Source: Octopus sinensis (Eukaryota). Taken from it: a stretch of DNA of 64,000 nt. This document shows positions 25,249 to 38,591 of the stretch, one piece after another. Below the pieces are notes generated by a model. It did not search any database and was not told where the DNA came from. It saw only the letters and a list, made by a program, of their open reading frames with translations. The first letter of the stretch is position 1. Each line of letters begins with the position of its first letter. The translations under genes were made by a program, and so were the position numbers. The stretch spans positions 108,500,001 through 108,564,000 of the forward strand of contig NC_042997.1 in the NCBI RefSeq assembly GCF_006345805.1, written 5' to 3'.

Positions 25249-28200
25249 CAGCACATCAGCTGTTGACACATGACTGTAGTAGTAGTGGTGGTGTCTCTTA
25301 CTATAGAATAGCAAACCTTTGAAATTTATGTCAGCCTAGAAAAGGCAGACAAATAAATAAATAAATAAATAAATAAACAAAGAATGGATTTCTCATTTGT
25401 GTCTAACATAGAATTTACCTTTGATAGGTTTGTTTTCTTTTTCTTGTCTTTGTAAGAGGAAACAGTCGGTGGTGGTCAGGTGAGGAGTGGTGCTGTCTTC
25501 TGTTGAAGAATAATTTTTTTATGGAAAATTTAACAGAATAAAAACAAAAACTGAAGATCAGTTAGTTTTGAAATGACAAAACTTTTATCCTAAAAAGCTG
25601 AACATCAAACTTGTCATATTTGATGTGGTGTTTTGGTAGAATTGACCTTGAATAAAATCTTCTGGTGTTTATATTAATGTTAACTAACAAGATAAAATAA
25701 TGCACACACAACAAGATGAGGTTTCTAGTTCACAGTGTTTATAACTTATTGCCATTCTTTTGTTGCTGTTCACTGTTGAAATCCAGTTTTTACCATGAAA
25801 TATAGAATTAAAAGGAAAAATCTACACCTGATGTAAAGAATTGTTGAAATGTTGGATCTTGTTAAATTTTTCCCAACCACTCGAAGCATTTCAAATTTCA
25901 TCTGATTATTTTCATAGAATATAGTTTTGCATGCTGATGACATAAATTGCATTCATTTTTTTTTTCTAGAAATTAAGATTAAATAATTTACATGAGTGTA
26001 GAAAATTTGAAAAAAAATCTGGTGAACTTCAAGTGGTCGGAAGAAATTTAACAAGATCTGAAATTTCTTACATGATGTTTCCTAAAACAGCTGCATAGAA
26101 CATTTCTTCAGGGAAGAAATGTTTATTAAACTTATGGTTTATTATTGAGTTCTCTCTCTTCCTCTTTCTCTCTCTCTCTCTCTCCCTCTCACAAACACTC
26201 TTAATAACTTGGAGCAATTACTCTGTTGTTAATGCTACCGATTCTTTTGAAATTGTTGTCCATCAGTGCTTGGTACAATATCCAAATACATATTTGGTAT
26301 TGTTAAGTGTTCATAGAACTCTGGAGAATTACATGGATTCAATGTGCTGTAATTACAACGTTTGTTTGGTACCAGAGGGTAACAGAAGCATTTTGATATA
26401 ATGAGGAATGGCTGAAGTGCACGGTAATTGTTTATAAATAAGATGGACTTGTAGCAAAAGCTAGTTAATGCTATGGAGTTCATTTGATAGATGTAGATGG
26501 AGCCACCATAGGGCATTCAGTTGGGATAACGACTCTTATTACATGCTAAGTCTTTTATAACTTATTCTATTACACGCGCATATAATATTTCTGCAGTTTC
26601 AATTTTCCCCATTGCTAAGAACCTACACACTTTAGTGTACATTTGGTTGGTGAATAAACAGTCAGCCAGGCAGGCAGGCATGCAGGCTGGGTGGCTGGCT
26701 GGCTGGCAGGACTAGCTAACAGATAATGAAAGCAAAAACGAACAGGGGGCGAGTGAGGTGGGGGTGGATGAAAGAAAGAGAAGAAAAAAATCTTTTTAAG
26801 TGGAAAATTGAGGAAGTTACATCCTGCTCTTATTAAATACATGTATGCGATATCATTATCTTTTTTTATACTGCAGTTGACAGAATGAACTTGAAGCCAT
26901 TGTGGCCCCCCCCCCCCCAACCTCTAGCCCCTCAGGGTGAAGTAGATGAGTTCCTGTTGAGTGACCTCTGTCTTAAACTACTGTAAACTTCAGTTAGGAG
27001 AGAAACTGTGAGTAGCTGAAAAGACAGCCGAAACCAACACAAACTGCATAGAATGAGTAATAGCAGCAATTGATAGGAATGTTAGATTCATCTTCCTAAT
27101 ATGAGTAAGAAACGGTTTAAGGTGCATTTTAAGTTGTAGTTGATGAAACACAACTGTGAAGAGCTGTGTTCATCATAGGTTTTCAAAGCAGTTAAACTAG
27201 TTTCTTAATTTTCATCAATGCAGTTCATTTTGAGTATTTTAAAACTCTGCATAAGAATCTTTGACATTTTAAAAACTATTTTTACCTCAAAAGACTCCCC
27301 CAAAACCCAAAGAATGTTGCTGCTAAATTTTACAGTATTTCATAAGAACACCAGATTTCAAGAGCACATTCTGTCTCTTCCCTGAAAGTATTGTTTTGCT
27401 GGTCCCATGTGAAATGCACCTAGCTGGCATTAGGAAGGGCATCCAGCTGTAAAAATCATGCCAATACGAACACTGGAGCTTGGTGCAGCTCTCCAGCCTT
27501 GCCGTCTCCTATCAAACTGTCCAACCCATACCAGCATAGAAAAGAGACATTAAATGATGATGGTTTTCCCTGCTGGCATGGGCTGATATAAGTCATCACA
27601 ATTCAAGTTATTTCTTATTGGGAGCTGCTACTAGCGTTAACTTTACAGCTTGTATGTGTTGGGTAAACGAGGGGGGTGTAAGACTGTAAATGTAGAGAGT
27701 ACTCAATAATGGGTACATTTGGTCAGGTGACCAGGGAGGAGCAGAATGAGTGGAAGAGTAGAAGAGGCAGGAGTATGATGGCCGGAAGGTGGGGGAGGCA
27801 AGATTATTTGGGGGTAGAGTCAGGAAGGGAGTAACTGTTAATAGCAGACATGGACAAAAGTAAGAGTGGTTGAAGAAATGAAGGTAAGAATAGGTGATGA
27901 GTGTTACAGAGGTGGCTCAGAGCTGAGTGAGTAATGACTTGCAGGTCAGCTGGACAAAACTAGGGTGTATTGGGAAGGAAGATAAGGTGGGATGTCCTCT
28001 ACAGTCATGCAGCAAGTTCAATGCTATTTTTTATATACTCTCCCTGATTTAGATAGATTATGTAATTAGCACCTTCTAATGAGGCAAATATGGTAATGAA
28101 CTTTAATAAAGTTTCCATTGAAATCTGTTTAGTTTTTAGTTTTAATATAAAATATCTCAAGTATAAATCTTGTATATTTTAGCACCATCCACTTCAATTT

Positions 28201-29158
28201 CTTGTAGCTTTGTGTTGTTCATATTTGTTGTATTTGTTAGTTCTGCTAGTTTAGAATGTTTACCTCCATTATTGGAATCAAGGATTTCTTCTAGGCACTC
28301 AAAATTTCTACTTCCCACTCAATGATAGAATGAAAGCTATTTTGACAAAAGTCAGTGTAAAGTTTTAATGAGGTGGTTGTACTGTCATTAACAAGCTGTT
28401 TAAACTAATTATCTTAGTTAATAGTCTGCAACAATAGCTTAGCCATCACTCGCAAACGAATATGACCTGTGAGCTTGTACCCCACTTTCACTAATGGTAT
28501 TTGGTACTTCTGTAGACAGACATTCTCTCAGCCTTCCCATCTTTGGGCCAGCCCCATCTTTGGTAAAACTTATCACCACTAGTCTGGTATTCAATAACAG
28601 CTAAGTAGACTAGAGCAAAAATGTCTGGTTCAAGGACACAATGCACAACCCTGTCCTGGAATTGAACTCTCAACCTCACGCTTTATGAGTGAGGCCAGTA
28701 TTGAAATGATTAGACCACATGCTTTCATTATAAAAACAAACTCACAAAACTGTAGCCCAGGGACCAGTATTAATCTGTGAGACACCTTGAACTGATTTAT
28801 GGAACATATAAGTAATGGTCCATGAGATGTACACTTAGTGGCACATGTAGTGATCTATGGAGCACATGCAGCAGTCATGAAGTACATATGGTGGCCATGG
28901 AACATATATGGTATGTGGAGGATGGTGCCATCCCATCACCCAGTTGATAATTTAACTAATAATGACCCCCTACCTTTGCTTCTGTAAATTTTTGAGGAAC
29001 AGCACACCAACACAGGTTGTCAAGATCTCCCTCCTTTGAAGAATGTGCACCGAAATGTCTTGGAATAGGAATTTGACAATCTAGACTTCTTGGAGAACAT
29101 TAACCCTTTAGTATTCAGATTACTCTGATGAATATAATACTTATTTGTTCTGATTTAA

Positions 29159-29632
29159 TCTGTAATAATCCAATAACTTTGAGATTTTGAATAACAATGT
29201 AGAGAGGTCAGGTCTGGGTAGTCTATAATATAAATTGGACATGGGTGATCATTGTATTCTTTCTTGTCTTGAGGTTCACAGCCAAACGGCTGGGTGGATT
29301 CATGTGAGAAATGGCACACATAAGGAGACGGGTGCATAGATTGGAATGCAGTTTGTATTTTTTCCCCTAGCCCCCATACTTACCGAGAAAATCAATTAAA
29401 ACTATTTCTAATGGAATTCCCCTCTTTCTTCTGCCATTAAAACAACCAGTTGCTTAGAAGCTGTTTTCTGACGGGGTGGGGCCAGGAAATTTTCATACAG
29501 CTGGAGGCTCCACTCGAAACAGGGGACCCGAAATGATAAGGTTGAGAAATGCTGTTATAGATTATACCTGACCCAAAACGAGCATAGCCACATCATCCAA
29601 ACAGACCGGGTGAAACTGGGCTTAGCTGCTAG
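29159..29632 (+). mobile_element. Non-autonomous Helitron, diverged (5' end uncertain)
   Basis: 3' end accgggtgaaactgggcttagctgCTAGt; internal cacagccaaacggctgg..aaatggcacaca resembles the Helitron at 16632; candidate 5' TC at 29159 or near 29222. Confidence 0.55.
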
Positions 29633-30189
29633 TTTGAATATAAAACAGAATATTTTGGCCAGTTTCAAAGCTGAAAGGTTAAAATGCAGATATCACACTT
29701 AAAATACAAACTTCAATATTCAGCACCATGTTCACTCCCCAAAAAGGAATTAGATTTCTTGTTTCTTTGATTGGTACCTCTTTCTTCAAGAAGTTTTTTG
29801 AGTCATGTTGTTCCATTTCCAAGTTGATAATTTCTTCATTTCACTCATGAACTGCAAAAATTTCTGTTTCTTTAAAGACTCGCCTAATTAACTTTATAGC
29901 TTCAAGATTCCACTGGTGTGTTTAAATATTTTTAGAATAACATTGTATGGTAGGTGTGAGAGGCTGGATCTGGTTAGTTTGAACATAAAACAGGTAGAAT
30001 ATTTGGGTTGGATATGACCAGATTAAATGCTACAGGAGTAAGCCTCCCTGTTTTTCTTGCCATAATTCTGGTTTTGCTAAGGAGTTAAAACCCCTGCAAG
30101 CACGTTGTCCTTACTCGTATAATTTTGCCCACATATGATAATTAAATCTTACAATCCTTCATTACTGCAGGGGATTTTTATCTTCTTTC

Positions 30190-30487
30190 AGTTGAATGAA
30201 TTGACCCCAGGACTTTTTTTCTATTGTAATGCCTGGTACTTATTCCATTAGTCTCTTTTGCCAATCTAACTTGTGGGGACATAAACACACCTTCACAGAC
30301 TCCACAACACACACACACACACATATGACAGGCTTCTTTCAGTTTCTATCTACCATATCCACTCTCATGGCATTGGTTGGCCCAAAGCTATATAGACAGC
30401 ACTTTCCCAAGATGTCATACAGTGGGACTGAACCCAGAACCATGTGGTTGGGAAGCAAACTTCTTACCTCACAGCCATACCTGTGCA
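30190..30487 (-). mobile_element. Family B SINE
   Basis: Reverse complement of family B head and core. Confidence 0.75.
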
Positions 30488-30803
30488 TAGAATGGTTTAA
30501 AATTTTTCACCTTCTTGCTAAATATTCTTCTGTTGCATTGTTTCCTTTTGAAATTTCAAATCTGTGCTCAGTTATTTTCTCCAGAACCTCAAGAACTCAA
30601 CAATGGGTGCTAGTTATATAAATGTTGTGCTAGTTTTGTAATTTAGCATTTCTTAAATACCATTTCACCCCTCTCCCGTTCCCTTCTTCCTAAAAGTAAG
30701 AATTCTGCTTTTCAAATTTTATGTATTTGGAGATTTTTGTGGCTCAACAAACTCTTTGACTCGTTTGTTCATAATTTATAGCCAGGTTCACTTGACACAC
30801 AGA

Positions 30804-31033
30804 AGGTGGCGAGCTGGTAGAAATGTTAGCACGCCGGGCGAAATGCTGAGTGGTATTTCGTCTGCGGTTACGTTCTGAGTTCAAATTCCACCAAGGTCGA
30901 CTTTGCCTTTCATCCTTTTGGGGTCGATAAATTAAGTACCAGTTACGCACTGGGTCAATATAATCGACTTAATACCTATGTATGTCCTTGTTTGTCCTCT
31001 CAGTGTTTAGCCCTTTGTGGGTAGTAAAGAAAT
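30804..31033 (+). mobile_element. Full-length family C SINE with 20-bp TSD
   Basis: B-box gagttcaaattcc; perfect direct repeat aggttcacttgacacacaga at 30784-30803 and 31034-31053. Confidence 0.93.
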
Positions 31034-32283
31034 AGGTTCACTTGACACACAGACATTATACAAAGTACTTCATATGTGAAGGAGGTGGTATGTGTGTGTG
31101 TAGGGAGGGATGGGGAGGAGGTGAGTTGGTCAATGTATCTTTGGTCTAAAAAGCAGTAGATTTAAAATTTTTTCTTCTTTGATAATATTCCTCTTCTTTG
31201 AATTTTTTCCACTTTACTTTCGCAGCTGAATGTTCTCTTTCAGTGGTGAAATGTATTTGTTATGATATTTGTTGTTGGAAAGGAAATAATTTTCAACAAA
31301 AAGAGAAAGAAAAGTTGGTATTTGTTTAAAACATGACTGTTTGACAGCCTTTCATGCAAACACCCTCCTTTTTTTTTCTTTTTTTTAAGCTTCCTGACCG
31401 AAATACATTTTAGACTTTCTGTTTCTCTTCTGTCAAATAATATATATCATACTGTCGTTGTTTACTGAAAACATGCGTTTTCCAAAGTTTCTTATTTGTA
31501 TATAACTGTGCACCGCTTGTTTAGCTTAACGAATAACCACAGAGAGTTTTCTGTAAACAACATTTTAAAATTAATCAAAATTTGCCTCTTAATTCGAGAA
31601 GTTTGCCAATGTCTAGAAGGTTCTGTGGTTGGATATATTTTTAGTATAATCAGTGGAAGATTATTAGGTCTAAAGTAGATTTATCCTGGGTAGATGATAG
31701 CATGGATTTACTAAATGTAACCTTACACATGCACACACACACACTGTAATGTATCAGCCAATATTCACACCAAAAGCTCTTTCTAAGGATTAATCTCAGA
31801 TTGGTCTTATTCTGTCGAGCTTTGAGATTAGTCTTAATAAATTTCCCTTCTTTTTGTGGATTAAAATAGATTTTCTCTGGAAGTTTGAGCCAAGATATCA
31901 TTATTCAAAACTTGACAGTAATGTCTACACAATACTGATAGTTCAGTTTTTCTTTTAAGATCCATCTGGCTGACTTTCTCTGAGTCAATAAGGAATTCTT
32001 ACAAAATGTTACTTGAAAAACCATTTCACAGAATATCACTGTTATTCAATACATACATTATCAGCTTTATTTGAATTCATTGATAAGCTATAGAAAAGTA
32101 ATCCTGACTTATCCCTCACATTAGTGGAACGCTTGAATCTGGAATTCCTGTTCCTGACGCTTGAATATATATATATATATATACGTGGACAGTTTTCTGT
32201 TTTGTCTCAGATAGACTTGTCCATATGTAACAGATTGGCCAAGTTATATTTTGTAATCTCCTCATTGGATTCTATAAAATCAA

Positions 32284-32656
32284 GAGGCATGGCTGTATGG
32301 TAAGAAATTTGCTTCCCAACCATATGGTTCTGGGTTCAGTCTCATTACATGGCACCTTGGCAATAGCCTAGGGCTGACCAAAGCCTTGCGAGTAGATTTG
32401 TTAGAAGAAAACTGAAGGAATACAGTTGTGTATATATGTGTGTATGCAAGTGTGTGTCTTTGTCACCCACCATTACTTAACAGCCAGTGTTAGTATGTCT
32501 ATGTCCCCGTAACCTAGTGGTTTGGCAAAAGAGAGTTATAGAGTAAGTACCAGGCTTAAACAAAAAAAGTACTAATAATTCTTCAAGGTGGTGCCCCAGC
32601 ATGGCCACAGTCTAATAACTGAAACAAGTAAAGAAACAAAATAGAAAAGATAAAAG
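32284..32656 (+). mobile_element. Family B SINE
   Basis: Head, core and A-rich tail as in 57302-57710. Confidence 0.8.
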
Positions 32657-32869
32657 ATTTATCTTCTGCTGTTGTTATTGAATCTCTGTAACAGCTGAAG
32701 TTTAGAGAAATACTGAAAAGCTAGAAATTTGTGCAAGCCACAAGAGCTGCATAACAGTGTGTTTTGGGAGCAGTGGTGGTCCTTGCTCCTTATGGCTGAT
32801 CTACAGGGAAGCTCCCTCCCTTAAATATGTTTCAAGTTCATCAACACTTGCCAAACGATTTCCTCTATT

Positions 32870-34170
32870 TTTTTGGAACATTCATGGATTCTGTCCCCAT
32901 CATTTAAAAACACTCAAAAACAATCCATGAATTTTGTTTCTCTCTTTTACTTTTCCACTCCGAAAGATGGAGTCTTCTATCTTTCACCTCTTACTTGGAA
33001 ATCAACAACAAGGACTTCCAATTACTCTGGTTCCAGTCCTACATCCCTCACACCGACTACATAACCACATTTGCTGCTCTTGGTACTCTGCAATCATTTA
33101 TTGAGGACAACATCTGCTCTTCTTCCTTTGAAAGGCATTGTTCTCACTGTTCTCCTTCTTTTCTCTCAATCTCCTCCCATGTTGTTGAGGCTGTTCTTTT
33201 CTTATGTGTTACCCTCTGCAAGAACCTCTATCCTCCTCTATACACACTCCATTTACTCTTCATCTCTCTCTCTCTCTTCTGCCTCTCTACCTTTCATTTG
33301 ACCGACTGTTAAATCCACACTCTACCCAATGATGTCACCATTTTCTCTGATTCTTACTAATTCATGCCAGCCATTTGTTGGAACATTGGCCAGAAATTAC
33401 TTTAACTCATTTATTTTGGTTTCTGATCCCATTAGTCCCTTCTAAGTAGGTGATCCAGATGTTTTCCTCTTGAGCATATCTGTCCATTTTCCCCCACAGC
33501 ATCAAAGCCCATAATGCTAAATCAATGAAATGCTTCACACTTGGTTGTCAGAGAAAGAGCATTATGGCAGTAGAGACCAATATTGAAGAAGCATGGCCTT
33601 CTTGGATAGAGACTTTGGCAACATGACACTTTCCTTCAACAACACAATCACTACACACCTGAAAGAAATGGTTTTGTCCCTCATCTCCTTCTCTAGTCTT
33701 GGAGAACATGGAACTAAAATCTTTTAAAAAATCACCAAATATTAAACCTCCAATCATTGATATTTTCTCCTGATGATATCATCACCATCATCATAATCAT
33801 CATCACTGTGCCAATGACTTGTCTACTTCTTCAGAGTTAGGAACTATCCCAAACCTAAACAGCTCCTTTCTGTCTACAAAGTTCAAATGACCCTCACTAT
33901 TGAATACTGCTTCCATATATTGAACATTGCTGTTGCTTCATACAAAACCTTTTGGGTTGCATCCAAAAGATGGCCATCCAGTTGACTGGCAAGGACCCAT
34001 TCACCAACACACTCCATTCTCTAGACCATGGATGTGATGTCTCCCCTCCCAGGGCCCTTGCTAACCACAGTCCTCACTCTTCTCTCTACACTGCCTCAAC
34101 CCTTCCCACTCACATCATCATCTCTCAGCTGTTCATCCTGAACACCAACCTAACCCTAATTTATTGAAAT
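32870..34170 (+). mobile_element. Decayed CR1/Jockey-group LINE fragment (RT and C-terminal region)
   Basis: Translations QLLSVYKVQMTLTIEYCFHI.. and CIQKMAIQLTGKDPFTNTLHSLDHG resemble the LYKAQIRP.LEYC..RIQRRAIRLI..LQSL.HRR motif of such LINEs. Confidence 0.6.
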
Positions 34171-35191
34171 AAAGGTAGCTTATTTCACTTGAAGTATGGC
34201 AGCAAAAGGCTTAATATTTCAAAGTTAGTATTATACAAGAACATTCTGGTCTCATCCAATCTTTCAAGTTTTCCATTGGTCATTCTAGTTTCTGAGTTCC
34301 CACCATTTCACCCCCTCCACACCTCCACCACAACCACCACCACTGGCAACAAACTCTAAATGTATCTGTCGACCGAAGCATGTATTACTCTTTCTAATTA
34401 CACCACTGACTAATTACAGAGTAGTCTTTAAAGGTCTCTGTTTTAATTATCCCTCTCCTAAAAAAATAAGGAACAGAACAATGACCGTGTTGGATGTCTT
34501 TTAACAGTGGCGGATCGGCTTATCTACATTCAAACATCCCTGGCCAACCATCTGCGACTAGAGTACAATGACCCCCCCCCACTCATCTACCTCCTAAAAG
34601 ACACTGTTTCCTTAGCAAGGAAATTATGATCAAAGAATGAAGAAATGTCAGGTAGATGCTTGTCTTTTCCTGTTCCAAACATAAGAACCACAATTCCATA
34701 AACAATACATTTTTTTACTTCTTTCTTTCCAAAGTTTGACTTCTTTCTTGTTAAGTTGTAAATTCAATCATGTTTGTTTTTTTTTGTTTTTTTAATTTCA
34801 TTTGTGGGAGTGGTTAAACTTGGTGGCTACTTGAATGTCATTGAAACGGAAAATGTCAACAGGGTTAATTAGCAGGGCAATGGAATCTGATTTTATGGAA
34901 GAAAAGATTTTTACCTAAGTTCTTGGATTTAATGTTTGGTGCAGACCTGGAATGTGATTGTTTTATTGTGATTGGTATTGGAAATGGTGTGAGATTTGTT
35001 AATTTTGCATTGTTTCTTTCTCATTTGTAAAAAAATGTAAACACAAATATATTTGAATGTGTAGAGATACATCTTAGTAATGTGGAGGCACAGAGCATGG
35101 CTGTGGGGTTGACTTATTTAATCACTGGCATGGTTATGTGGTTAAGAAGTGTGTTAGCAAATCTCTGTCCTGATTGTGTATGCATGTGTAA

Positions 35192-35562
35192 TCTCTCTAT
35201 ATATATAAACAGCAAAATGTCTGTCTGTGTGTGTGTCCTTTATACAAATCCACAATTTTTCAGTTAGAGGGCTCGCACTTTCTATGGTCATTCAAAACCG
35301 TCCAAGGGTGGTCGTGCACATCTTTACATTTCCCTAGTCACCCCGCAAAGCCATTAAAAAATCAATAGAAGTGACTTTTTTGTGAATTTTCTATCCAAAA
35401 CCCAATCAAAATGCCCGAAACTTGATACTCCAATTGAATGCCAGCTAGCTGTATGGTGATTGGTTGGAGATTTGGACAGTACTCGCGTGTATGTGCGCAT
35501 GCATGCAGATGTGTATGCATGCACTAGGACTATGACCTGGTGTTGCCGAGTCATAGTGCTAG
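35192..35562 (+). mobile_element. Complete non-autonomous Helitron
   Basis: 5' TCTCTCTATATATATAAA after A; 3' hairpin ctatgac..gtcatag then tgCTAG followed by T. Confidence 0.8.
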
Positions 35563-35800
35563 TCATATATAAATAGTCATATCTACAGCATTACTTACCA
35601 ATCAGACTGCTTTACTACAGAAAATCCATAACAGGAAAAAAACCCAACAATGAATGAATGCTGTTCAAAACGACAGGAAAATATTTCTGTCAGAAACTGA
35701 ATGCATTTTTCTTTTGCAATTTACAATCAATCAGATATTTAGACAGAAGAGGAAATTTCTTGGATTAACCCATGACAGAAAAAGAAGTTTCTTGGATTAA

Positions 35801-36017
35801 CCCATGAGCATTCAAATTATTCTGTCAAATGTAATATTTATTTATTCATATTATTTTGCACTAAGTACATATCATCTTGTAGCTTTAAGGTTTTGATGAT
35901 GTGATTGTTCTTTTGAGTAACATTGTAAAGTAGGAGTGAAAGGATGGATCTGTGCAGTTTGAGCATAAAACTGGTTGAATATTTGGGCTGGATGTGGCAA
36001 GTCTAAATGCTAAAGGG
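35801..36017. mobile_element. piggyBac-type MITE
   Basis: TTAA at 35797-35800 and 36018-36021; ends CCCATGAGCATT / AATGCTAAAGGG are imperfect inverted repeats. Confidence 0.65.
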
Positions 36018-36194
36018 TTAAAATTTATACAAAGATTAACAGTTTAAGAACCCTAAAAGCACAGACTATTATAATGGTCCTATGGTCTTTGAAATATAAT
36101 TAGTAAATATTATAAGTGGAGAGATGATGATGATGATCTGAAAATTCTTAAGTGTTTGTTTATTATTTAATTTTTTTTTTAAACGTACTTTCTC

Positions 36195-36320
36195 TCACAC
36201 ACATGTCCCCCTTCTGACACACACACACACACACACATGCTCCCCCTCTGACACACACACACACACATTCCCCCCCTGACACACACACTCACATGCCCCT
36301 CCTGACACACACACACACAT
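36195..36320. repeat. Minisatellite of (CA)n + cccc.ctga units (about 4-5)
   Basis: Direct inspection. Confidence 0.8.
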
Positions 36321-36828
36321 GTATAATTTTCTGAGTAAGTGTTGATTGAATTTTCACTAGCAACAATTCAATGGATGTCATAGTGACATATAATGTTTAA
36401 TGATTAATTTATTCATCAGCAGTTATATAAATAACAATTGTTATTTTGATTACGGGTCTAATTGACGAGCAAGTTTGTTGTTTCAGACTTTCAGTTATTA
36501 TTTTTCTCAAACCCATTTCAGTTTTAGAGAAACCATTTGCTTAATAGCTTCACCATTGGTTCACTGACTCTTAGACTAACAAATGATGAAAGTAACACTA
36601 TATATTGGTAGTAACAAGACTAAAGAATGATGATAGCACTGCATATATTGGTGATTATAGTCAGACTAATAAAAGGTGAAAACACATCACATATTGGTAT
36701 TAATAGTTAGATTAGCAGAAAAATAACCTGTGAACCTGGGTAAATTTCTTGTTGTGGATAAGCCATTCCATGTCTTGTAGCAGACATTTTGCTTCCTGAC
36801 CTGATAGGGATTCATACAAAGCAAGTTT

Positions 36829-37186
36829 GCAGGCATGGCTGTGTGGTTAAAAAGCTGACTTTGCTACCTCAAGGTTTCGAGTTCAGTCCTACTAGGTACC
36901 TTTTGCAAGTGTCTTCTGTTGTAAACCCAAGCTGACCAATGCCATCTGAGTGATTTTAGTAGACGGGGAAAGTGTGTGTGTGTTTGTCACTCCACTTTCA
37001 CTTGCCAATTGGTGTTAGTTTGTTTATGTGTCTGTAACTTAGTGGTTTTACAAAAGAGACTGATAGAATAAGTGCCAGACTTAAGCATAATATAAGTATT
37101 GGGGCTGATTTGTTCAACAAAAACCCTTCAAAGCAGTGCCCCAGTATGGCCACAGTCTAATACTGAATCAAATAAAAAATAAAAGA
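36829..37186 (+). mobile_element. Family B SINE
   Basis: Head gcaggcatggctgtgtggttaa, core, A-rich tail. Confidence 0.8.
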
Positions 37187-37198
37187 TTATATATATAT

Positions 37199-37583
37199 TC
37201 TTTTTCTTTTATTCTTTTGTCTGTTTCAGTCATTTGACTGTGGCTATGCTGGAGCACTGCCTTTAGGCGAACAAATTGACTCCAGGACTTATTCTTTGTA
37301 AGCCTAGTACTTATTCTATCGGTCTCTTTTGCCGGGGACATAAACACACCAACATCAGTTCTCAAGCAATGGTGGGGGAACAAACACAGACATACAAATA
37401 TACATACATATATATATACACGACAGGCTTCTTTCAGTTTCCACCTACCAAATCCACTCACAAGGGTTTGGTTAGCTCGAGGCTATAGTAGAAGACACCT
37501 GCCCAAGATACCACACAATGGAACTGAACCTGGGACTTTGTGTTCAGTAAGCAAGCTACTTAACACATGGCCACACCTGCGCC
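37199..37583 (-). mobile_element. Family B SINE, tail-to-tail with the previous copy
   Basis: Full reverse complement of family B; another partial minus copy follows at about 37605-37757. Confidence 0.85.
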
Positions 37584-38416
37584 TATATATATATGTATAT
37601 ATGATGAGCTTCTTTCAGTTTCCATCTACGAAATCCATTCACGAGACTGGTCAGCCTGAGGCTATAGCAGAAGACGCCCAATATGCCATGCAGTGGGACA
37701 GAACCTGGAACCATGTGGTTGGGAAGTAAGCTTCTTACCACACAGCCATGCCTGTGCCTATATATATATATGTGTGTGTGTATTGTATATTAGCAACTAT
37801 TGGTGAACCTTTTACCCCAGATATTCAAGTGTGTGTTTATCTTGAAACTCTCATTAATCCATATTAACCAGTTGAGGAATGTCAAAAGCAGTCACTGTCA
37901 TCTTGTAATAATATTTCACACTAAATTATTAACCTAGTTTTTTTCTTTTTTAATTGCTCCTAAGTTATTTTCATTAAGCACTGAACTGTCGTCAATCATA
38001 GGAAATTTCTAAATGTTTACCTTATTATATTCATGACTGATCTCCGAGGAAACGGACATTGTACCATTAGTCGTTAAACGTTGTGGAACTGAGTTTGTAG
38101 ACAACATAATCATCATTCTTTGTGTTTGGGTTCTAATTTCAACGTGTCACTACTTCTTTGTGTCCAAATAATATCAACAGACAAACAAACACCAGTTCGT
38201 TGGGTTTATGCCTGCTTCTGTCAAACTGTCTAACCCATGCCAGCATGGAGGGCAGATGTTAAATGATGATGGTAATGTATCTCAAGGGATACTAAGAGCA
38301 ATGTTTCATTGTCTTTTCTCTTCTGACTTCAGATTAGCATTACAACAGGAAAACAGTATTTCGTTTTTGGATTTGGTTTGCAAGATTATTTATATGAGTT
38401 TCTGTGTTGAAGCATA

Positions 38417-38591
38417 TTCTATTGTGTCTGGGGAGAGTCATTTTCTTTTTGTGCCTTATTATGTAACACTCTCACTGGTAAAATTTTAGGACAATAAAAA
38501 AACCAAAAAAGAAAAACGTGGAAATTTTACCGGTGAGTGTGTTACATGAAAAGGCACAAAAAGAAAATGATTCTCCCCAGACACAATAGAA
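38417..38591. mobile_element. Fold-back/MITE-like element with ~70-bp inverted arms
   Basis: 38417-38486 is the near reverse complement of 38522-38591 (about 5 mismatches), 35-bp A-rich spacer. Confidence 0.75.

Noticed and set aside
25458-25480. + strand micro-exon ending CAG|gtgagg
   Set aside because: 23 nt with no recognisable peptide; indistinguishable from chance
26235-26516. 93-aa minus-strand ORF in unique-looking DNA
   Set aside because: No recognisable protein similarity or clear exon boundaries in any frame
26877-27007. + strand cassette exon (ttttatactgcag...AACT|gtgagt)
   Set aside because: Good splice signals, but the short ATG ORF stops before the donor and nothing resembles ERK; no independent support
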